64,000 nucleotides of DNA, taken from a virus. The DNA lies in the IMG/VR virus record IMGVR_UViG_3300002026_000009, positions 1 to 64,000 of that record. The stretch is one strand, 5' to 3'. Shown here in pieces: positions 1 to 8,085 of the stretch. Made by a program: the position numbers and the translations under genes. The stretch's first letter is position 1, and each line of letters opens with the position of its first letter. The notes under the pieces were generated by a model that ran no database searches, had not been told where the DNA came from, and was given only the letters and a program-made list of their open reading frames with translations.

Positions 1-77
1 TTTGGCTGTATAATTCACACATGGCGCAGATGATCGGGTTTGCAGCCAAGGGCAGCGAAAAGAAAATAAAAAATCTT

Positions 78-106
78 TTCGCAAACTGCAAAAACTGTGC
101 TACAAT
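78..106 (+). promoter_or_regulatory. sigma70-type promoter TTCGCA-N17-TACAAT
   Basis: Hexamers read directly. Region 1-106 is a diverged copy of 1905-2011. Confidence 0.45.
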
Positions 107-132
107 GTAGCCACTGCAACGAAAGGTTCAAA

Positions 133-618
133 ATGATTACAGAAATTAACGTGTTTGACTGTGATGGTGTGTTGCTGGACTCTAGCCACCGCTATGCTAC
201 ACAAACGAGAGCAGACGGTGCAACTGTTATTGATCTGGCACACTGGATCGAAAATGAGCACAAAGCGTATGATGACGAACCATTGCCCACGGCATTGCGT
301 GAATATGCGGCAAGTTTGGCAAATCCTGCCGCGTACACAATTATCGCAACTGCCGCTGTAGTTTGTGACAATCGCATTAAATGCTTGCGTGATAAAATTG
401 GAATGCCTGATTTTATTATTGGTCGCAATGGTCGCAGTGATATTCGAGGCGGCGCAGAATTGAAAATTGCCGGATTGAATAAATTGCTGCAATTAAAGCA
501 ATTCCGCAATGCGCGAGTTAATATGACAATGTATGAAGATAATTTGTCATATCTCACGAAAATCTGCAAAGCATTTAATTGCCGTGGTGTATATATCCCT
601 TCAGTTCAGGGTCACTAA
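133..618 (+). CDS. HAD-superfamily phosphatase (possibly T5 Dmp-like 5'-deoxynucleotidase)
   Basis: ORF 97..618. HAD motif I FDCDGVLLD follows the Met at 133, with a GAAAGG RBS upstream. TAA stop. Confidence 0.6.
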   Translation: MITEINVFDCDGVLLDSSHRYATQTRADGATVIDLAHWIENEHKAYDDEPLPTALREYAASLANPAAYTIIATAAVVCDNRIKCLRDKIGMPDFIIGRNGRSDIRGGAELKIAGLNKLLQLKQFRNARVNMTMYEDNLSYLTKICKAFNCRGVYIPSVQGH

Positions 619-689
619 TTAAATAGGTTTGTTAATTGTCCTACACAATTAACTTGCGATTATCCGGCAATTCCGGTATATAAAGGAAA

Positions 690-1394
690 ATGAAAATGGC
701 TAAAAAACAATTCTTTGCGATTCTTGACACTGAAACCACAATGGAAAATACAGTTGCTGATTTTTCAATTATCATTGTCGATCGTGAAGGTGTAATTCAC
801 AATCAATGCGCGGTAATGGTAAAAGATCATTATGGCAAATTTGAATTGTTCCACGATAAAGCTGCAAATGATATTTGGGGTTATGCTGGTTTGGAGCGTA
901 GAAAAAATAACTATGTCGATATGCTTAATTCCGGCAAACGAATGCTTGCATCTGTAACTGCAATTAATGCGTGGATTCAGCAAGCAATCGGTAAATACAA
1001 TCCAACACTTACCGCATATAATCTGGCATTCGATAAAGACAAATGCGAAAAGACTGGAATTGATTTGTCGGGTTTTAAAGATTCATTTTGCCTTTGGCAA
1101 GCCGCTGTTGGTAATATATGCAAAACTAAACAATATCGTCAGTTTACATTGGAGCAACACGGGTTTAATTCAGTTACCAGTTTTGGTAATATGACTTTCC
1201 AAACTAATGCGGAAATGGTTTGTGCATTTATTAAGGGTGAATTTATTAAAGAGCCACATACATCATTAGAAGATGCGCGAGATTTTGAATTGCCAATCCT
1301 CCAATTGATCTTGAAAAAGGCTAAATGGAAAGAGAAAATCACCCCTTACAATTGGCGCGAATTTCAGGTTAAAGATCATTTCACTGCAAAATAA
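690..1394 (+). CDS. DEDD-family 3'-5' exonuclease (DnaQ-like)
   Basis: Exo I motif ILDTETT and a C-terminal HTSLEDA (H-x4-D) motif. TAA stop. Confidence 0.65.
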   Translation: MKMAKKQFFAILDTETTMENTVADFSIIIVDREGVIHNQCAVMVKDHYGKFELFHDKAANDIWGYAGLERRKNNYVDMLNSGKRMLASVTAINAWIQQAIGKYNPTLTAYNLAFDKDKCEKTGIDLSGFKDSFCLWQAAVGNICKTKQYRQFTLEQHGFNSVTSFGNMTFQTNAEMVCAFIKGEFIKEPHTSLEDARDFELPILQLILKKAKWKEKITPYNWREFQVKDHFTAK

Positions 1395-1396
1395 AT

Positions 1397-1414
1397 AATG
1401 GGCGAAAGCCCATT
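1397..1414 (+). terminator. hairpin AATGGGC-GAAA-GCCCATT
   Basis: Perfect 7-bp stem with a GNRA loop just after the stop codon. The same hairpin recurs at 2398. The U tract is weak. Confidence 0.4.
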
Positions 1415-1429
1415 TAATTGGAGAATTAA

Positions 1430-1573
1430 ATGGAAACAATTAAATTTTTCTGTGAAATTAGATTCGACCCTGAAATTGTAGATAGGGAATACTTGGAACA
1501 ATTGATTTATTCCTATTTAAATGAAACATGCGGAAATGCGGAAGCAGATATTGAAATTGAAAAGAAAGAATAA
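1430..1573 (+). CDS. hypothetical small protein (47 aa)
   Basis: ATG 8 nt after a GGAG. Translates as METIKFFCEIRFDPEIV... with a TAA stop. Too short for the ORF track. Confidence 0.35.
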   Translation: METIKFFCEIRFDPEIVDREYLEQLIYSYLNETCGNAEADIEIEKKE

Positions 1574-1574
1574 T

Positions 1575-1603
1575 AAATGGGCCAATTGGCCCATTTATTT
1601 TAT
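1575..1603. terminator. bidirectional intrinsic terminator AAATGGGCC-AATT-GGCCCATTT
   Basis: 9-bp palindromic hairpin flanked by A-rich and T-rich runs. Confidence 0.6.
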
Positions 1604-1660
1604 CTCAAATATAAGTCTCGGCTTATATATAGCGCTATAAATATTATAGCGCGGGCGCCA

Positions 1661-1690
1661 ATTATATACTATATAATTGGGCCGTGTCAA
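1661..1690 (-). promoter_or_regulatory. leftward promoter TTGACA-N18-TATAAT with no leftward ORF
   Basis: TGTCAA at 1685-1690 and ATTATA at 1661-1666 on the top strand. It faces the terminator at 1575-1603. Confidence 0.4.
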
Positions 1691-1982
1691 GGGGTTTGTA
1701 CGAAAAACAACACAAATAAATAAAATATTTTGCTTGCAAAATCGCTCTGGACGTGGTACAATAAGGTGCGGGTGCGCCGAAACCCGCTCCTAAAATGATA
1801 GCACGAGGTCGCTACCGTATTATATCACGTCTGGAGGTGTTTGTATATAGGGGTTTCCACCACTGTGGTATTTTCACACTCGAAAATTTTTTGTTGATTT
1901 TGTACGGGTTTGTCTGTATAATTCTCTACATGATGCAGCGATCGGGCAGCGTCAGACGGCAAAAAGAAAATAAAAAATCTTT

Positions 1983-2011
1983 TTGCAAATGCTCAAAAAC
2001 TGGTGTATAAT
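1983..2011 (+). promoter_or_regulatory. promoter TTGCAA-N17-TATAAT
   Basis: Hexamers read directly, upstream of CDS 2065. Confidence 0.6.
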
Positions 2012-2064
2012 ATCCTCACTGGCCCAGCAGATTCTGGGAACCTTAGCTTACTAGGAAAATCGAA

Positions 2065-2394
2065 ATGACTGCTACTACTAAAACTGTAAACTACACTGCC
2101 GAGCAAACCGCCGCAATGGTTGCTGCTTACATGGCTGCCCCAACTGCCGATACTGTGGCAACCCTTGCTGAACAGTTCGGCAAGACTGTGAAATCTGTGG
2201 TTGCCAAATTGAGCCGCGAGAAAGTTTACGTTGCCAAAACCTATGTTACAAAAACTGGTGAGGCTGTTGTGAAAAAAGACAGCCTGGCAGATAAGCTGGC
2301 CGAGATCGTTGGCTTGACCGAGGCCGAGGCTGATAGCTTGACCAAGGCCAACAAAACGGCACTGGCTAAGATCATCGCAAAGCTGGAAGGCTAA
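2065..2394 (+). CDS. GcrA-like HTH family protein (paralogue 1)
   Basis: Sequence VNYTAEQ...GKTVKSVVAKLSREKVY is shared with the proteins at 4182, 6431(-), 34413 and 38351. AGGAAA RBS, TAA stop. Confidence 0.7.
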   Translation: MTATTKTVNYTAEQTAAMVAAYMAAPTADTVATLAEQFGKTVKSVVAKLSREKVYVAKTYVTKTGEAVVKKDSLADKLAEIVGLTEAEADSLTKANKTALAKIIAKLEG

Positions 2395-2397
2395 TCT

Positions 2398-2434
2398 AAT
2401 GGGCGAAAGCCCATTTAATAGGCGAAAGCCTATT
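2398..2434 (+). terminator. tandem GAAA-loop hairpins
   Basis: AATGGGC-GAAA-GCCCATT followed by AATAGGC-GAAA-GCCTATT, directly after the stop codon. Confidence 0.45.
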
Positions 2435-2461
2435 AAATGTGTTTTTAACTGGAGAAATTAA

Positions 2462-2635
2462 ATGTGGCCTCAAATTGCTGTAATTTGTTTGTTTGTTACT
2501 AACTTTGCGGTTAATTCTGCACTGCATGGTAAACCGCGTGATGTTAACTATTCCATTTGGACTTCCATTATCAATATTGCAATTTGGGCAGTTGTGCTGA
2601 ATTACGGTGGATTTTTTAATAACCTGAAAGGCTAA
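2462..2635 (+). CDS. small membrane protein (57 aa)
   Basis: GGAG RBS. Translates as MWPQIAVICLFVTNFAV...IAIWAVVLNYGG, with two hydrophobic segments. TAA stop. Confidence 0.4.
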   Translation: MWPQIAVICLFVTNFAVNSALHGKPRDVNYSIWTSIINIAIWAVVLNYGGFFNNLKG

Positions 2636-2639
2636 TAAA

Positions 2640-2852
2640 ATGCTGATTATTGCACAATATGTTAATCCATATGGTGAAGAATTTTTTGCATCAATTGTCT
2701 GCGATGAAATGCGCGGTGAGATAATTGAACAACTAACTACCGAATTGGTAGATAAATGCGGCGATGAAATACGGCTCGAGGATATCTATTTCTACAATTC
2801 GGTGCGGCTTAGGGTCGAAATTAAAAAGGAATATGTAATCTCGGAATACTAA
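2640..2852 (+). CDS. hypothetical protein
   Basis: ORF track entry. Tightly packed after the previous stop. TAA stop. Confidence 0.55.
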   Translation: MLIIAQYVNPYGEEFFASIVCDEMRGEIIEQLTTELVDKCGDEIRLEDIYFYNSVRLRVEIKKEYVISEY

Positions 2853-2854
2853 TT

Positions 2855-2880
2855 AAAGCGGCAATTGCCGCTTTTTATTT
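2855..2880. terminator. bidirectional terminator AAAGCGGC-AATT-GCCGCTTT
   Basis: 8-bp palindromic hairpin followed by TTATTT. Confidence 0.6.
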
Positions 2881-2946
2881 ATCTGCCTGCTATAATATTT
2901 ATAGCACAGCATATACCGTGCTATAAATATTGTAGCGGGGGCGCCA

Positions 2947-2976
2947 ATTATACTCTATAATTGGCGCACGTGTCAA
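2947..2976 (-). promoter_or_regulatory. leftward promoter TTGACA-N18-TATAAT with no leftward ORF
   Basis: TGTCAA at 2971-2976 and ATTATA at 2947-2952. The module is paralogous to 1661-1690. Confidence 0.4.
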
Positions 2977-3228
2977 GCATTTTCGTGCAACTTTACATAT
3001 CTTTACACAATGTTGTTTTTTCGCAACACCATGTGCGCCGTGAATGCGAATCATTCTCAGGTAGGTTCGTATATGCGTGTATGCTTATATTCTGTGCTAT
3101 TGATAATATAGCAGCGCTATCATTTTTGTAGCAGCGCTATCAAAAGCATAGCAGAGGTATCACCTCTGCGCCAGTGGTAGTTCGAAGTGAAAATCCTTGC
3201 AAAAATTCCGGGAGGTACCTCGCGCCCA

Positions 3229-3258
3229 ATTATAAGTGGAAATCCTTGGTAATGTCAA
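3229..3258 (-). promoter_or_regulatory. leftward promoter TTGACA-N18-TATAAT with no leftward ORF
   Basis: TGTCAA at 3253-3258 and ATTATA at 3229-3234. Confidence 0.4.
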
Positions 3259-3339
3259 GGGAAAAATTTTGCACTTGAAAAAATTTTCCAAATGAAATAT
3301 AATATTAAAAGTGGAAAAAATTATTTCGGAGGAAAAATA

Positions 3340-3996
3340 ATGAAGTATAAAAAATGGACGGATGAAGATTTTGCAGAATTAGCCAGGCTTAATGCACTAG
3401 GTAAAACTGCTAAAGAAATTGCAGACATATTGGGATGTAGTGATGAAACAATTAAAAGCTATAAAGTAAAACTGGGACTAAGTCGTAGATCAAATAGTAA
3501 CAGATTCGATTTTAATAAGTATAAGAATACCTTGGATGAATTAAGTATTACGGCGGTTGACTGTACATAGGTAAAAGGTAATAGCTTATTCAGCTGCATG
3601 AAGTGTGGGCTTGAGTGGAAAGCTAGATTATTTGATGTATGTTCTAGAAAACAGGAGTGTCCAGAATGTAAACCCAAGCACACGTCTAAAGCCGCTAATA
3701 CCTGGTTAGACTCTATTGGGATTACGCGCAGAGAAGTTAAAATACCTGGTACACAATACAAGGTTGACGGCTTAGGGTCAGATGGGGTTACAGTATACGA
3801 ATTTCTAGGAGACTACTGGCATGGTAATTTAGAGGTATTTGACTCAGAAGATGTAAATGCTGTAACCGGCGATACATATGGTACGTTATTTGATAGCACT
3901 GTTGAAAGGTTATTAGATATTAAATCTAGAGGGTACAAGGTAATTTACATATGGGAAAATGATTACCTTAAAGGTAATAAGCCAGAAGAGATGTGA
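3340..3996 (+). CDS. HTH + zinc-ribbon + PD-(D/E)XK-type putative homing endonuclease, one in-frame TAG (3568)
   Basis: ORFs 3292..3570 and 3598..3996 are in the same frame and are separated only by a TAG. GGAGG RBS before ATG 3340. Motifs CMKCG...CPEC and YEFLGDYWHGN. TGA stop. Confidence 0.6.
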
Positions 3997-4006
3997 AATT
4001 ATTGTC

Positions 4007-4035
4007 TTGCCACAGCAACCACAACCCTGTATAAT
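4007..4035 (+). promoter_or_regulatory. promoter TTGCCA-N17-TATAAT
   Basis: Hexamers read directly. Confidence 0.5.
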
Positions 4036-4114
4036 TAAGGCTTCAAAGGGGAAATTCAAATGACACTGGCAGACCTAACCGACACCGAACGCGCAGACGC
4101 TGAGAAATTCTGGC

Positions 4115-4143
4115 TTGAATCGCAAGATTGATCGGCGTATAAT
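4115..4143 (+). promoter_or_regulatory. promoter TTGAAT-N17-TATAAT
   Basis: Hexamers read directly, upstream of CDS 4182. Confidence 0.55.
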
Positions 4144-4181
4144 ATAGACTTCAACGCAGTAATCAACTAAAGGAAACGAAC

Positions 4182-4481
4182 ATGACTAAAGCAGTAAATT
4201 ACACTCCTGAGCAAGAGACCCAGATCGTTGACCAGTATCAGGCTGGTATGTCCACCGACGAAATCGCTACCATGTTGGGCAAGAGCGTTCGTTCTGTGGT
4301 TGCAAAGTTGTCCCGCCTGGGTGTGTACAAAACCAAGGCAAAAACTGCTGGTGAGACCAAGACTACCAAGGCTGATCTGGTAGCTCTGATTGAGGGTCGT
4401 TATGCTGTTGAGCCTGGTACCTTCGCTGAGCTGGAAAAGCTGACTAAGGCTACCCTCACCTTGCTGGCCCGTGAAGATTGA
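4182..4481 (+). CDS. GcrA-like HTH family protein (paralogue 2)
   Basis: VNYTPEQ...STDEIATMLGKSVRSVVAKLSRLGVY. AAAGGAAA RBS, TGA stop. Confidence 0.7.
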   Translation: MTKAVNYTPEQETQIVDQYQAGMSTDEIATMLGKSVRSVVAKLSRLGVYKTKAKTAGETKTTKADLVALIEGRYAVEPGTFAELEKLTKATLTLLARED

Positions 4482-4486
4482 TGCAG

Positions 4487-4537
4487 TTTAGGGTCAGAAA
4501 ATTTGATATTGACCCTAAATCGCCAAAAGTGTATAAT
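4487..4537 (+). promoter_or_regulatory. palindromic operator overlapping promoter TTGACC-N17-TATAAT
   Basis: Inverted repeat TTTAGGGTCA-N13-TGACCCTAAA at 4487-4519. Its right arm supplies the -35 box. A homologous module lies at 35982-36032. Confidence 0.55.
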
Positions 4538-4551
4538 ATATACTTAGACAC

Positions 4552-5531
4552 TCGCAATAAGGACAGGCAATACCGCATACCGATAAATACTGTCTTGCGT
4601 GAGTGTTCTATTTAATGTTATAATAATATATCTTAGACAGTTCTAGCCTCCGCCACGGACGCGACGAACATACTAAGTAGAGTGTTTCAGGTGTCTGCCA
4701 ACACTGTGACCCTAAGTTGCAGAGGCCTACACAGCGTGTACTGGTTAGAATGATATTCTTGCATAGCAGCAACCATGGCCAGTGGTGCAGGCTACACGAG
4801 TATCAGCCTATGGGACGTTGTTCGTGGACCACTACAACCGGATCGGGAACATTCTACTTAGTATTTGGGTTGCTATCTGATGATGGTCACACCCTGAGCG
4901 TAGCTCTAAAGTTGACCGAAACCCTAGGCTGTGTGGGCCTGCTCCGGCTTAGGGTCATAGTGAAAACTGTAGGTAACTAGGAACACCTATATCCCCTAGT
5001 CGTGTTTGGTGCTCTCACGTACCCAAAGTAGCCCGTTCGTATTCGTTAAGTACACCCCGCTAGAGTGATAGACTTACCATATCCCTGCTATAGGCAATAG
5101 ACTTGGAGCGCAATCTCCTAAGGTAAAACTACTGGCGGAAACGATAAACAGTTCCTTAATTAGCTAAAGGTATAAAACGATAGCTAGCCAATACAACACC
5201 ACCCGAGTGTCTTCGGTATCCCATCATCTAAGCTAAGAGCGTGGTTTTCACTACGTAATCTAGGTATCGAATCCTAGTGGGCGCTGGTTAGTCAATTTTG
5301 TTGCAAAATTGACTAGTCTAGTGAATACTTTATCAGCCAGCCAGGCGATTGGCTCAAGTCTAGCCACCTTGAGATTAGTCCGGTTTAGGGTCAGGGAAAC
5401 CAGTAAGTCAATCGCGGCCTGATTGCGGTAAGTCGTTTCCTAAAGTTTAATGGCAAGATCGCAACTTGTTGTTAGACATAAAACCATCGCCAGTTTTAGA
5501 GCCTCGGTACAGTAGTGCCGGGGCTTTTTTG
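4552..5531 (+). ncRNA. candidate long non-coding transcript (~0.9 kb)
   Basis: Two tandem promoters (-10 boxes at 4532 and about 4618) and a strong terminator at 5500-5531 bracket a region with TAA/TGA stops in all frames. Many local hairpins, e.g. 5291-5313, and a T-arm-like CTAGG-TATCGAATC-CTAG at 5259-5277. Confidence 0.35.
5500..5531 (+). terminator. intrinsic terminator
   Basis: 8-bp stem AGCCTCGG/CCGGGGCT followed by T6. Confidence 0.7.
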
Positions 5532-5561
5532 TTGCCCTAAGAATCCTCGAGAAATTTATGC

Positions 5562-5589
5562 TTGTCAAAATTTTTCATTATGATATAAT
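5562..5589 (+). promoter_or_regulatory. promoter TTGTCA-N16-TATAAT
   Basis: Hexamers read directly. Flanked by TTCTC(G/A)AGAA palindromes. Confidence 0.55.
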
Positions 5590-5639
5590 AAAGTATTCTC
5601 AAGAAATTGTGAGAATTCATTTAACCAAGGAAAATTTAT

Positions 5640-5978
5640 ATGCAGTATTCTCAAGAAACACAAGAAGAAGTTATCGAAGCACTAAAAACTGGAAGTACCC
5701 CTAAAGAAATCCACGAATTTACAGGTATTTCTTTAGCAACTATCTATCGTTGGCGGGATGAGAATTCTCGAGAATCTACTCCAGTTCTCGAGAATTCTCA
5801 GGAACGATTGGAAAAAGTTGTAGAGTTTCTCAAGAAATTCTTAACCCCTCAGCTAGAACAAGATATTAAGCTAGCGGATAAACAACTTAGTGAAGCTACC
5901 GGAGGTTTATCTGAGAAGATATGTCTAAAATGCTTGGAGAGATTTCAGCAGCTTAGGACCGAGTTAGAGTCCTTGTAA
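5640..5978 (+). CDS. small HTH DNA-binding protein
   Basis: STPKEIHEFTGISLATIYRWRDE looks like an HTH. AAGGAAA RBS, TAA stop. Confidence 0.65.
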   Translation: MQYSQETQEEVIEALKTGSTPKEIHEFTGISLATIYRWRDENSRESTPVLENSQERLEKVVEFLKKFLTPQLEQDIKLADKQLSEATGGLSEKICLKCLERFQQLRTELESL

Positions 5979-5982
5979 AATT

Positions 5983-6006
5983 AGCCCACCTTGAGTGGGC
6001 TTTTTC
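5983..6006 (+). terminator. intrinsic terminator GCCCAC-CTTGA-GTGGGC + T5
   Basis: Read directly. Confidence 0.65.
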
Positions 6007-6012
6007 GTGCCT

Positions 6013-6041
6013 ATTATAAAGTGGAAAACCTCCGCTGTCAA
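6013..6041 (-). promoter_or_regulatory. leftward promoter-like TTGACA-N17-TATAAT
   Basis: TGTCAA at 6036-6041 and ATTATA at 6013-6018. The predicted start runs straight into the hairpin at 5983-6006, so function is doubtful. Confidence 0.3.
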
Positions 6042-6294
6042 GTGTATTTTCTAGGCTCTCTGACCCTAAGCCGTAGCAAACTGCGAAGGCTCAAATTGAG
6101 CTTGTACCGCGATAATTTGAGTTAATTTAGTCAATTGTAGTCCAATTTTGGTTAGTCTCATTTAATTTGTGCTATTTGTGGATTTTGTTAGATTTATTCA
6201 GTTTAGGGTCAGGTTTGGGAGGCTGTCTGCGCCCAAAAGTGCTGCAACGGGGTTTTGCAACCACAATTTTTAGGTGGCCACCGTAATCAATTCT

Positions 6295-6424
6295 GACCCT
6301 AAATTGAAGCGATTGGAACAGGTAGGGCAGGTTAGTGCCGACCCTAAATTGAAGCGATTGGAACAGGTAGGGCAGGTTAGTGCCGACCCTAAATTGAAGC
6401 GATTGGAACAGGTAGGGCAGGTTA
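6295..6424 (+). repeat. 45-bp tandem direct repeat, 2.9 copies
   Basis: Identical units start at 6295, 6340 and 6385. Each begins with GACCCTAAATTGAAGCG. The array sits where converging transcription units meet. Confidence 0.95.
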
Positions 6425-6430
6425 CTTTTT

Positions 6431-6730
6431 TCATGTTGTTAGATGCTTGATTAATAGCTGTAGCACGCTTTTATTGCACTTTTCTAGGCTATCAAACACC
6501 AGTGGATCTTCTCCGCATAGTGTAGCAATCTCCTCGACTAAGGTGGCCTTTCGTATAGAAGGAGTACCCATTTTAGTCACGTATGGTTGCTTTCGGTATA
6601 GTCCCATACTAGACAGCTTGGCAATTAGTGAGCGTTCGCTGATTTCTAGTGCCACAGCGATTTCCTGCGGTGTTTGGGTCTCTAGTCGCAACTTAATGTC
6701 GGCTAGGAGTTCTGGAGTATATTTTACCAT
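6431..6730 (-). CDS. GcrA-like HTH family protein (paralogue 3)
   Basis: VKYTPELL...PQEIAVALEISERSLIAKLSSMGLY. ATG 6730 shares TAATG with the upstream stop codon. The ORF track start is 6742. TGA stop. Confidence 0.65.
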   Translation of the reverse strand: MVKYTPELLADIKLRLETQTPQEIAVALEISERSLIAKLSSMGLYRKQPYVTKMGTPSIRKATLVEEIATLCGEDPLVFDSLEKCNKSVLQLLIKHLTT

Positions 6731-7524
6731 TACAGCTCCCAAGGCATACGATTAGCTTTTGGTGCTACAGTCTCCGTAACAGATTTAGATACAACTTCTG
6801 TTTCTACTAGCGGAGGTGGCATAGAATCCCACGATTTAGGGTCAAGGATCATGTACTGATGTCGATTATCTGGATGTGCTGCCCAGGTTTGGCAAAGTAC
6901 CATACGTTGAATCTGCTGCAATTGAGCAGGACCCTTACCACAGCCACCATAAGTCCAGGACAGTCCATTAAGGCCATAAGTGCTAATGTAACTTTTTACA
7001 GTTCCCATTTTATCACCGCTCTTAACTGTAACACCTAGAGTACGCCACTCAATAATATCTTCTAGAGCATACTCTGGGATTTCTTCCGTCATTAGTGTGG
7101 CAAGGTCTTTACCAACCAAGTACTCTAGACCGTCTGACCCCCAGTCGCTGTATTTAATGCCATTGAACTGTTTGTGTGGCATCATTAGCAGCGGCACTAG
7201 ACGGCAATATGGCAGACCCTCAGTTGAGGTCTGCTTGAGCAAATAACGATCGCTAACACTAAACCAGTAGTAGATGCCTTTGTCTAGAGGATCTTTCCAA
7301 TTAGCTTTAATATATTCTCGTGGCTGAATTAAACCATCTTTGCCTCTAGAGATGGACCACTTAGCTACCCTTGCGGAGGCTTGTGCATATGCCCACGGCT
7401 TGTGCTTGATTCCATACTTTTCAGCCCATTCAGCGACCTCTTTCTTCCAATCCTCTTTACCAGTACAGTTCTCAAATAATTCTTGCAAACCAAGATTCTC
7501 AATAGTATTTTTAGCTTTAAACAT
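6730..7524 (-). CDS. hypothetical protein (264 aa)
   Basis: Long ORF with a TAA stop. No family recognised. Confidence 0.7.
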   Translation of the reverse strand: MFKAKNTIENLGLQELFENCTGKEDWKKEVAEWAEKYGIKHKPWAYAQASARVAKWSISRGKDGLIQPREYIKANWKDPLDKGIYYWFSVSDRYLLKQTSTEGLPYCRLVPLLMMPHKQFNGIKYSDWGSDGLEYLVGKDLATLMTEEIPEYALEDIIEWRTLGVTVKSGDKMGTVKSYISTYGLNGLSWTYGGCGKGPAQLQQIQRMVLCQTWAAHPDNRHQYMILDPKSWDSMPPPLVETEVVSKSVTETVAPKANRMPWEL

Positions 7525-7653
7525 GTTTTTCTTTCTGTCTTGCGGGACAATATTAGATTCGCTTTTTCTTTATAAAGAATAAAAAGACGTAAAAATTCTT
7601 AATTGAAAATAAAAAATTTAAATATAGGTTTGGGCTCCACATCATCTGGACAT

Positions 7654-7776
7654 GTGTGTTGAGTCTGAGAAAACTTTTTATAATTTTCGAGGATTTCAAA
7701 TATGTCCCCGGTAAACCGTAGAGGGGGGCCATCATGAACTCCTGAAAAATAAAAAAGATTTTCAGACTCAACACAC
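7654..7776. repeat. 20-bp inverted repeat with ~80-nt spacer
   Basis: GTGTGTTGAGTCTGAGAAAAC at 7654-7674 pairs with GATTTTCAGACTCAACACAC at 7757-7776. Confidence 0.7.
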
Positions 7777-7803
7777 AGTATAATTTCTCTAGTAATTACA
7801 TAT

Positions 7804-7833
7804 ATTGTATCACATTCGAATTATACCTGTCAA
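7804..7833 (-). promoter_or_regulatory. leftward promoter TTGACA-N18-TACAAT
   Basis: TGTCAA at 7828-7833 and ATTGTA at 7804-7809, upstream of the genes at 7524..6431. Confidence 0.55.
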
Positions 7834-7854
7834 ACTTATTTTTATGGTGCTGTT

Positions 7855-8085
7855 TCACCACACGATTTCAATGTAACACTCTCTATGGGTAATTGTATAC
7901 CCTAAACCGCGCAAGGTGTCCAAGACGGGGGTTATTGTTGTAGGCGCAATAAATAAACTGTTGAATCCATTATCCGCTAACTCAGTAATAGCATCTAGTA
8001 TCCTACCCAGTTTTGGATATGGCGCGTACTCAAACTTGTCGCGGAAAGCATTAGTCACTTCTCTAGCCCTTTGTGCTGTTACCAT
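7855..8085 (-). CDS. hypothetical protein, paralogue of 8079..8300
   Basis: The end ...LGYTITHRECYIEIVW resembles ...LGYNVKTVQEWTDTTWKITW in the neighbour. Start at the internal Met (the ORF track gives 8112). TGA stop. Confidence 0.55.
   Translation of the reverse strand: MVTAQRAREVTNAFRDKFEYAPYPKLGRILDAITELADNGFNSLFIAPTTITPVLDTLRGLGYTITHRECYIEIVW

Noticed and set aside
100-569. Minus-strand ORFs 100..492 and 192..569 could be targets of the orphan leftward promoters.
   Set aside because: They fully overlap the HAD phosphatase gene, show no motifs, and are far from those promoters.
4717-4980. The 87-aa ORF in the ORF track.
   Set aside because: It has a non-ATG start, no RBS and an odd composition, and it lies inside the promoter-to-terminator non-coding unit. 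It is probably not translated.
6295-6424. The three identical 45-bp repeats could be a CRISPR array.
   Set aside because: The units are directly adjacent with no unique spacers between them, and no cas genes are present. This is a plain tandem repeat.
7553-7774. The 73-aa minus-strand ORF in the 7.55-7.85 kb intergenic region.
   Set aside because: It is low-complexity and AT-rich, and it spans the large inverted repeat and promoter region. No RBS is present.
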